The notes under the pieces are model-generated. The model was not told where the DNA came from. It did no database searches and saw only the letters and a program-made list of their open reading frames with translations. Below, in pieces: positions 54,986 through 64,000 of a DNA stretch of 64,000 bases. The position numbers and the translations under genes are program-made. Every line of letters begins with the position of its first letter. The stretch's first letter is position 1. The DNA is taken from assembly GCA_029263725.1 (NCBI GenBank), contig JAJUFS010000002.1, positions 785-64,784 on the forward strand, given 5' to 3'. This DNA is from Gammaproteobacteria bacterium. GTDB lineage: Bacteria; Pseudomonadota; Gammaproteobacteria; Natronospirales; JAJUFS01.

Positions 54986-56914
54986 CCAGCCGCACTGCCT
55001 GCCCTGATTCTGCTCCTCCAGGTAGCTCATCAGCGGCTGGAAGTACTCGATCATCGGTTCGCCGCTCATCTCGCGCGAGCCGGTGAGTTCGTACAGCGTG
55101 TCCTGCCACGGCTGGCTTGCGCCCTTCTCGAGCATGGCCCAGAAGCGCTTGCCGGCTTCCTCGCTGCCGTAGAAGGAGCACTCGTGCAGCGGGCCTTCGT
55201 GACCGGCGGCTTCGCACAGCGACTTGTAGAACTGGAACTGCAGGATGCGCGCCAGGAAGTAACGCGTGTACGGGGTGTTGCCCGGGATGTGGTACTTCGC
55301 GCCCGGGTCGAAGTGCTCCTCGGTGCGCTCCACCGGCGGCTTGATGCCCTGGTAGGCGGTGCGCAGCTGCCACCAGCCGGCGTTGTAGTTCTCCGGCGTG
55401 ATCTCGCCCGCGAACACCTTCCAGCGCCACTCGTCGATGAGCTTGCCGAACGGCAGGAAGGCGACCTTGTTGAGCGCCATCTTCATCTGGTTGTTGATGG
55501 TGGCGCGCTCGTCCGTGGCGACGTCCTGCACCAGGCCCTGCGAGGCGAGGTAGTCCGGCGTCATCGACAGCTCGATGGTGTCGCCGATGGCCTCATGGAA
55601 GCCGTCGTGGGCGGCGCCCTGGAAGATCGGTTCCTGCTTGTTGTAGGCGAGGTCGTAGTACAGGTGACCGAGCTCGTGGTAGACGGTGGTCAGGTCCTCG
55701 TGCACGGGCTCGATGCACATCTTGATGCGCACGTCGCCCTGCATGTCCATGTCCCAGGCCGAGGCGTGGCAGACCACGTCGCGGTCGCGCGGCTTGAGGA
55801 ACATGGAGTTCTGCCAGAAGGAGGTCGGCAGCTCGCGCAGGCCCATGGAGGTGTAGAAGTTCTCCGCGGACTTCACCATCTCCAGCGCGATCCACTCGTC
55901 CGCCTCGCGGTTGACCTCGACCATCTCCTCGGCGGACAGCTGGCCGCCGCGGGTGGCGATCAGCTCGCCCAGCTTCTGGTCGCGGCGCGCCTTCAGCGTC
56001 CTGCTGACGTCCAGGTCGGAGACGCCTTCGAAGGGCTCGACCAGCGGATAGATGTTGGCCCACTCCTGCGACCACATGTTGCCGAGCAGGTGCGCCGGGA
56101 TCGGTCCCTGGCGCGGCACCACGTCCTCGCCGTAGTGATCGGCGAGCCGGTCACGCACGTAGCAGTGCAGCGCGTCGTACAGCGGCTTGACGTCTTCCCA
56201 CAGCTGGTTGCTGACCTGGGTGAACTCTTCCGGGCTCATGTCGTAGGCGGAACGCCACAGCGCACCGGTGTCGCTGAAGCCGAGTTCCTTCGCGCCCTCG
56301 TTGGTCAGCTCGACGAAGCGCTGGTAGTCCTTGCGCATCGGCATGGAAATGGTGCGCCAGCCGACCCAGGCTTCCAGCTTGTCCTGCGGGCTCGCCTCGG
56401 GGTCATCGATGATGTTCTCCAGCTCGGTGAGGCTGTAGCACTTGCCGCCCTCGTCCTCGGGGCAGTACTTGCCGGCGCCGTACATGGCTTCCATGGAAGC
56501 CGCCAGCTGCGCGAGCTCGGCGACCTTCTGCGGATCCGAGGGCGCCGGCATGGAGGTGCCGGTCTGGATCAGCTTGATTGCGCGGGCCGTCTGCGGCGAC
56601 AGCTCAAGGTCGGTGAAGCGCTTCGAGGCTTCCACCGTGCGCGCCATCCAGTTGAGGAAGTTTTCGTTGGATTTCGCCGCCAGGAACTGGCTGTCCGGCG
56701 TGATGTAGGTGGAGGCGATCCAGGCCGACTTGGACAGCTCCGGCGACATCCGGCGCAGATCCTGGTTGATGCCGGCGACGAACTTGTCGGCGTCGGCCGG
56801 AGTGACGGCAGCCTGCCCGGCGTCGTCGCGCGCCTGGCGGTCGCCGTTGTCGCCGCAGGCGGCCAGCAGCAGGCCGGCGGCGGCCAGGGTGGTGATGCGG
56901 ATGATGTGTTTCAT
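54983..56914 (-). CDS. M2 family metallopeptidase (angiotensin-converting-enzyme-like peptidyl-dipeptidase), lipoprotein/secreted
   Basis: It has the zinc motif HELGHLYY plus a downstream HEAIGD. The signal/lipobox is MKHIIRITTLAAAGLLLAAC. The start was chosen at ATG 56914. Confidence 0.92.
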   Translation of the reverse strand: MKHIIRITTLAAAGLLLAACGDNGDRQARDDAGQAAVTPADADKFVAGINQDLRRMSPELSKSAWIASTYITPDSQFLAAKSNENFLNWMARTVEASKRFTDLELSPQTARAIKLIQTGTSMPAPSDPQKVAELAQLAASMEAMYGAGKYCPEDEGGKCYSLTELENIIDDPEASPQDKLEAWVGWRTISMPMRKDYQRFVELTNEGAKELGFSDTGALWRSAYDMSPEEFTQVSNQLWEDVKPLYDALHCYVRDRLADHYGEDVVPRQGPIPAHLLGNMWSQEWANIYPLVEPFEGVSDLDVSRTLKARRDQKLGELIATRGGQLSAEEMVEVNREADEWIALEMVKSAENFYTSMGLRELPTSFWQNSMFLKPRDRDVVCHASAWDMDMQGDVRIKMCIEPVHEDLTTVYHELGHLYYDLAYNKQEPIFQGAAHDGFHEAIGDTIELSMTPDYLASQGLVQDVATDERATINNQMKMALNKVAFLPFGKLIDEWRWKVFAGEITPENYNAGWWQLRTAYQGIKPPVERTEEHFDPGAKYHIPGNTPYTRYFLARILQFQFYKSLCEAAGHEGPLHECSFYGSEEAGKRFWAMLEKGASQPWQDTLYELTGSREMSGEPMIEYFQPLMSYLEEQNQGRQCGW

Positions 56915-56964
56915 GTTCGGATTCCTGTTTCGGTGACCCGGGGTGGTCCCGAGTTTATTGCATC

Positions 56965-57005
56965 GGAAAACGGAAAACGAAGACCGCCCGTTACGGGCGG
57001 TCTTC
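56965..57005 (-). terminator. Rho-independent terminator after the POT transporter gene
   Basis: On the minus-strand transcript, GAAGACCGCCC-GTAAC-GGGCGGTCTTC (an 11-bp stem) is followed by GTTTTCCGTTTTCC. Confidence 0.85.
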
Positions 57006-57021
57006 ATGGAACATCAGTCGT

Positions 57022-58524
57022 TTACCGGGCGTCGCCGGTCATCTTCTTCAGCCACGGCGTCAGCGCCAGCATGATGATGCCGGCGACCACGCCCCACCAC
57101 ATGACGGACATGAACTTCTCCGACATGGAAGCGGGATCGGCCGCGCCGACCTCGCCGCCGAAGCGGCCGGCGATCAGGTTGCCGAGCGACACGCCCATGA
57201 ACCAGGTGCCCATCATCATGCCGACGAAGCGGCGCGGCGCCAGCTTGGTGATGTTGGACAGGCCGATCGGGCTGAGGCACAGCTCCGCGGTGGTGTGCAG
57301 CAGGTAGGTCAGCAGCAGCCAGCTCGGCGCGACCGTCTGGTCGATGGCAAGCTTCGCGGCGAAGGCGATCACGCCGAAGCCGAGGCCCATCTGCACGAGG
57401 CCGAGCGCGAACTTGCCCGGCGCGGACGGCTCGAGGTTGCGCTTCGCCAGCCACACCCACAGCCAGGCGAACATCGGCGACAGCACGATGATCATGATCG
57501 GGTTGATCGACTGGTACCACGCCGCCGGATGCTCGCCGGAGCTGAAGAAGCTGCCGAGGAAGCTGCGGTCGGTGTAGTCGCGGGCGAACAGGTTGAGCGA
57601 GGAGCCCGCCTGCTCGAAGCCGGAGAAGAACACCGCCGCGGCCACGAAGAACACCGCGATCACGCCGACGCGCTTCTTCTCCTCGCGGTTGAGGCCGCCA
57701 AGCAGCAGCACGTAGATGAAGAAGGCGACCGCCATGATGACGATGGCGTTGCCGGTGATGTCGGCCAGCTGCTCCGCGTTCACCGGGATGACGCCGAACA
57801 GCATCAGCATGCCGATCAGGGTGACGATCACGGCGCTGATCCAGAAGGCCTTGCGGACGCGATCGCGCTCCGGTCCGGGCGCGGTGGTCGGGTGCAGCCC
57901 GGCCTCGCCGAGGTAGCGCGAGGTGAACTTGAACTGGAAGGTGCCGAGCGCAATGGCCACGCCGGCAACCGCGAACGCGGCGCGGTAGCCGAATTCGGCC
58001 GCCACCCAGCCGGTGATCAGCGGCGCGATCAGGGCGCCGATGTTGATGCCCATGTAGAAGATCGAGAAGCCCGCATCGCGGCGCGCGCCGGAGTCGTTGA
58101 CGTACAGCTCGCCGACGATGGTGGAGACATTGGGCTTCAGCAGGCCGGTGCCGACCGCGATCAGCGCGAGACCGAGATAGAAGAACTCGGTCAGCGGCAC
58201 GGCCAGCGAGAAATTGCCCGCGGCAATGACGAGGCCGCCCCAGAAGATGGACGACTGCTGGCCGAGCAGGCGGTCAGCCACCCAGCCGCCCCACAGCGCC
58301 AGCAGGTAGACGGCGCCAGTGTACAGGCCGTAGATCGCGCCCGCCTCGATGGCGGAAAGCTCGAGACCGCCGTCGACGATGGCCGCGGTCATGAAAAGCA
58401 TCAGCAGCGCACGGATGCCGTAGTAGCTGAAGCGCTCCCACATTTCGGTCATGAAGGCGGTGAACAGACCTTTGGGGTGCCCAAACCAGGTCTCCGCCGG
58501 CGGGTTGGTTCCGGCCGTATTCAT
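57022..58524 (-). CDS. proton-dependent oligopeptide transporter (POT/PTR2, DtpA-like di/tripeptide permease)
   Basis: It carries the POT signature GLFTAFMTEMWERFSYYGIRALLMLFM and is 500 aa with 14 TM helices. Confidence 0.93.
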   Translation of the reverse strand: MNTAGTNPPAETWFGHPKGLFTAFMTEMWERFSYYGIRALLMLFMTAAIVDGGLELSAIEAGAIYGLYTGAVYLLALWGGWVADRLLGQQSSIFWGGLVIAAGNFSLAVPLTEFFYLGLALIAVGTGLLKPNVSTIVGELYVNDSGARRDAGFSIFYMGINIGALIAPLITGWVAAEFGYRAAFAVAGVAIALGTFQFKFTSRYLGEAGLHPTTAPGPERDRVRKAFWISAVIVTLIGMLMLFGVIPVNAEQLADITGNAIVIMAVAFFIYVLLLGGLNREEKKRVGVIAVFFVAAAVFFSGFEQAGSSLNLFARDYTDRSFLGSFFSSGEHPAAWYQSINPIMIIVLSPMFAWLWVWLAKRNLEPSAPGKFALGLVQMGLGFGVIAFAAKLAIDQTVAPSWLLLTYLLHTTAELCLSPIGLSNITKLAPRRFVGMMMGTWFMGVSLGNLIAGRFGGEVGAADPASMSEKFMSVMWWGVVAGIIMLALTPWLKKMTGDAR

Positions 58525-58721
58525 TATTTATGTCCCCTGAATCATGGTGAATGGATACCGCTCCGAAAAAGCGACGCCCAAGGATTCCCGCTTCGAATGG
58601 CGGCGTCAACCGCGTTTCCCGCAGCATTTGGGCAGAATTTGACCAATACGGCCTTGTGAAAAGCGGAAGCGGCCATTTATAAAGAGTGACTTTCCATCCA
58701 CTCGCTTCGCGGAGAACTCCC

Positions 58722-61673
<2,952 letters not shown>

Positions 61674-61681
61674 GATGAACA

Positions 61682-61729
61682 GGCAGAAGGAAGAAGGGAG
61701 GAGAAAGGAGCCTTCCTCCCACCTCTGCC
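61682..61729. repeat. AGAAGG/CCTTCT purine-pyrimidine hairpin element, copy B (8 nt after the M16 stop codon)
   Basis: GGCAGAAGGAAGAAGGGAGGAGAAAGGAG faces CCTTCCTCCCACCTCTGCC. The pairings GGCAGA/TCTGCC and GGGAGGA/TCCTCCC are visible. Confidence 0.6.
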
Positions 61730-61756
61730 TTCACGCCAACCGCTGCAGGGCCGATT

Positions 61757-61782
61757 GGCGAGCGCAGCTCGCGTAATCCGCC
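61757..61782. repeat. second copy (inverted orientation) of the REP-like element at 46932
   Basis: GGCGAGCGCAGCTCGCGTAATCCGCC matches the reverse complement of 46932-46965 at 25/26 positions. The left arm is degenerate. Confidence 0.5.
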
Positions 61783-61802
61783 GAAACTGCGTCCGCAAAA
61801 CC

Positions 61803-61831
61803 ACTGCCCGCCGCAAGGCGGGCAGTTTTTC
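61803..61831 (+). terminator. Rho-independent terminator of the M16 peptidase gene
   Basis: ACTGCCCGCC-GCAA-GGCGGGCAGT is a perfect 10-bp stem with a GNRA-like loop, followed by TTTTT. Confidence 0.88.
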
Positions 61832-61898
61832 ATGGACGTGGCTTGAACTCGCCCGCCTTTCTTGTGGGATCGCATCGAAGCGGTGGAGGGATTCTGTT

Positions 61899-61944
61899 GG
61901 GAGGAAGAAGGGAGAAGATTCGCGGTCTTTTCTCCCTTCTCCTC
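61899..61944. repeat. AGAAGG/CCTTCT purine-pyrimidine hairpin element, copy C (overlaps the stop codon of the MBL gene)
   Basis: GGGAGGAAGAAGGGAGAAGA-TTCGCGG-TCTTTTCTCCCTTCTCCTC pairs at about 17 positions with two small bulges. Confidence 0.65.
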
Positions 61945-62854
61945 AATGCCTCGTCTCGCTGCCGCGAAACCGGTCGCGCGGCGAATGCGTGGCGTGCATT
62001 TTCGTGGCGGGGCGGCGGGACGGACGGCCGGAGGCGAGTTCGAACTCGGCGACGTCATGCGAGCAGCAGACTTCGACCTCTCCGCCGTGCATGCTCTTCA
62101 GCTCGCGCAGGCGCTGCTGGTTCCACAGTCGCGCGCGGCGATTCTTTTCCATCATGGCCTGGTAGAAGCGCAAGCCGGGCGGGCACTGCGGCTCATGCGG
62201 ATCCATTTCGTCCTGGTGAAAGTAGGCATCACCCGCGAGCAACAGCCAGCGCGCCTCGCCGCGCACCGCGACACCGGCATGACCGTGCGTGTGGCCTGCG
62301 AGCGGCACCAGCGCCACTTCATCGGCCAGCGCGGCGATCGGACGCACGCTATCGAAGCCGTACCACGTTTCCCCTTCGCCTGCCTGGTAGACCTGCCAGC
62401 GATCACGGCTGCCCCATTGCTGCGGACGGAAGCGCTGCCGGTCCAGCCATGTGCGCTGCTCCAGCGCGTAATCGCGTTCGCGCTGCATCATGTGCACGAT
62501 CGCGTTGGGGAAGTCATCCAGCCCGCCGGCATGATCGAAATCGAGATGGGTCAGGATGATGTGGCGCACATCGGCGGCATGAAAACCCATCGCTTCGATC
62601 TGCCGCGCCGCGGTCATCTCGGCGCGAAAGTCCGGCGACACCAGGGCGAGAAAGAAGGTGCTGAGCCGTGCGCGCGGATGGGCGACATCACGCAGGCCGA
62701 GCCCCGTGTCGACCAGCACCAGGCCGGCATCCGTTTCCAGCAACAGGCAATGGCAGGCAAGCTCGCCGCGATGCACGAGGCTGTGCGTGCGGCCATCCAT
62801 GAGCCGTCCGCCCAGTGGGCAGGTGGAAATGGCATTGAGATGATGGACGCGCAT
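61943..62854 (-). CDS. MBL-fold metallo-hydrolase
   Basis: LLLETDAGLVLVDTGLG and ILTHLDFDHAGG (an HxDxDH-type motif) are present. Confidence 0.88.
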   Translation of the reverse strand: MRVHHLNAISTCPLGGRLMDGRTHSLVHRGELACHCLLLETDAGLVLVDTGLGLRDVAHPRARLSTFFLALVSPDFRAEMTAARQIEAMGFHAADVRHIILTHLDFDHAGGLDDFPNAIVHMMQRERDYALEQRTWLDRQRFRPQQWGSRDRWQVYQAGEGETWYGFDSVRPIAALADEVALVPLAGHTHGHAGVAVRGEARWLLLAGDAYFHQDEMDPHEPQCPPGLRFYQAMMEKNRRARLWNQQRLRELKSMHGGEVEVCCSHDVAEFELASGRPSRRPATKMHATHSPRDRFRGSETRH

Positions 62855-63018
62855 GCTTCCGAGATGGGTGCATGGGCGGGGGGCTCAAGAGGCGGGAGAA
62901 GAACAGGGAGACGCAAGACGTGAGACGACGTTTCACTTCAAGCGTCGTCTTACGTCACGAACCGGATCCCCCGCCGCTTCGCGGCGACCCCTTTGAAAGG
63001 GGGTGATTGTCCTGGCCC

Positions 63019-63780
63019 TTACCTCTTCCCCCTCTCCGCCCGCTGCGCTTCGACTTCCTTCCAGCCGCGCAGGAACACGCGGCTCATGACGATGCCCGCT
63101 TCATAGAGCAGGTACATCGGCACGGCGAGCAGGGTCTGGGAGATGACGTCGGGCGGGGTGAGGAACATTCCGATCACGAAGCAGCCGAGCAGCACGTACT
63201 GGCGTTTTTCGGCGAGCGCGCCAGGCGTGGTGAAGCCGGCCCATACCAGCAGCACGGTGGCCACCGGCACCTCGAAGGCCAGGCCGAAGGCAAAGAACAG
63301 CGTCAGCACGAAATCGAGGTACTCGTTGATGTCCGTCATGATCGCCACGCCTTCCGGCGCCACCGCGACGAGAAAACCGAAGATCAGCGGGAACACCACG
63401 AAGAACGCGAACGCCATGCCGGCGTAGAACAGCAGCACGCTGGTGACGAACAGCGGCGCGAACAGGCGCTTTTCCTGCTGGTACAGCCCCGGCGCGATGA
63501 ACGCCCAGGCCTGGTAGAGCATGAAGGGCATGGCGATGAACACGGCGGTAAAGAAGGCGAGCTTGAACGGCGCGAGAAAGGGTGTGGCCACCTGAGTCGC
63601 GATCATGGTCGCGCCTTCCGGCAGGCGCTCCAGCAGCGGCGTGGCCACCCAGGTGTAAAGCCGCTGCGCGAACGGCACCAGCACGATGAACACCACGATC
63701 ACCGCGATGAAGCTGCGCAACAGGCGCGTGCGCAGCTCCAGCAGGTGATCGAGCAGGCCCTGGCGGCGCAAGGTGCTCAT
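63019..63780 (-). CDS. tatC: twin-arginine translocase subunit TatC
   Basis: LLDHLLELRTRLLRSFIAVIVVF... and a six-TM layout are typical of TatC. The start overlaps the tatB stop (ATGA). Confidence 0.95.
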   Translation of the reverse strand: MSTLRRQGLLDHLLELRTRLLRSFIAVIVVFIVLVPFAQRLYTWVATPLLERLPEGATMIATQVATPFLAPFKLAFFTAVFIAMPFMLYQAWAFIAPGLYQQEKRLFAPLFVTSVLLFYAGMAFAFFVVFPLIFGFLVAVAPEGVAIMTDINEYLDFVLTLFFAFGLAFEVPVATVLLVWAGFTTPGALAEKRQYVLLGCFVIGMFLTPPDVISQTLLAVPMYLLYEAGIVMSRVFLRGWKEVEAQRAERGKR

Positions 63781-63998
63781 CCGTCACCGTCCCTGTCGTC
63801 GCCCTCCCCGGCGTCCTTGCGCTGCTCGGCGCGCTCGACCTCGCGCTCGAGCTCCGTGCGCAGCACGGCCACCGTGGCGCGCGCGCGCCCTGCAAGCCGC
63901 CCGAGGGTGCGCATGATGCCGGGCAGGCGCTCGGGCCCCGCGATGACGAGCGCGAGCACGGCGATCAGCACCAGCTCGCTGAAGCCGACGTCGAACAT
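63777..63998 (-). CDS. tatB: twin-arginine translocase subunit TatB (short, 73 aa)
   Basis: It starts MFDVGFSELVLIAVLALVIAGPERLP, the TatA/B N-terminal TM helix plus hinge, followed by an amphipathic helix and an acidic tail. Confidence 0.85.
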   Translation of the reverse strand: MFDVGFSELVLIAVLALVIAGPERLPGIMRTLGRLAGRARATVAVLRTELEREVERAEQRKDAGEGDDRDGDG

Positions 63999-64000
63999 CT

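Noticed and set aside
63777-63998. TatB of only 73 aa, which might be a truncated pseudogene.
   Set aside because: The N-terminal TM helix, hinge and amphipathic helix are intact. The ORF ends in an ATGA overlap with tatC, and there is no frameshift signature. Short TatB/TatA-like proteins exist, so I kept it as a functional CDS.

Overview
This is a high-GC, densely coding chromosomal segment. It looks proteobacterial, probably gammaproteobacterial, but the taxon cannot be fixed from the sequence alone. I support about 60 protein-coding genes. I found no rRNA, tRNA, CRISPR array, transposase, integrase or prophage genes; every intergenic gap is under about 280 bp.

Content by position:
- 0-4.8 kb: a YCII-like gene, acs, an acetyltransferase and a PQQ sugar dehydrogenase.
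- 4.8-9.4 kb: a translationally coupled macA-macB-yaiI-patatin operon.
- 9.7-13.4 kb: a coupled triad of secreted retropepsin-like protease, inactive-transglutaminase/7TM protein and RimK-like ATP-grasp, followed by a GFA gene.
- 13.5-21 kb: MFS transporters, an SDR, a Crp-family regulator, an ArsR-SRPBCC-VOC-DUF1428 operon and an ICMT-like methyltransferase.
- 21.1-25.9 kb: an NHEJ locus with LigD and two tandem Ku paralogues.
- 25.9-38.0 kb: eleven co-directional minus-strand export genes (RND tripartite pump, a small acidic ORF, an ABC-2 exporter, a CMD protein, a Yip1-domain protein and a split MacAB-like pump) with a divergent TetR/AcrR regulator and an AcrR-like operator.
- 38.9-41.2 kb: an Atm1-type ABC exporter divergent from soxR, with a perfect SoxR-box palindrome between them.
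- 41.2-49.5 kb: a loose DNA-damage neighbourhood (SRAP, secreted SNase-Excalibur nuclease, DnaQ/GIY-YIG fusion, endonuclease V, PA0069-type radical SAM).
- 49.5-54.8 kb: a hydrolase, a CMD protein, a PAS-GGDEF-EAL protein and a YfcC transporter.
- 55-61.7 kb: a peptide-scavenging set (ACE-like M2 peptidase, POT transporter, M16 lipoprotein).
- 61.9-64 kb: an MBL hydrolase and tatB-tatC.

The most unusual items are:
- the uncharacterised protease/7TM/ATP-grasp triad;
- the MacAB pump hard-wired to a DUF188 (YaiI) protein and a cytosolic patatin-like lipase;
- an SRAP/YedK homologue whose catalytic Cys2 is replaced by Pro while the other catalytic residues are kept;
- a structured leader with a coupled 8-codon uORF upstream of an MFS gene;
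- a family of AGAAGG/CCTTCT hairpin elements placed directly after stop codons.

All functional calls rest on motif and family recognition by eye. No database search or computation was run.
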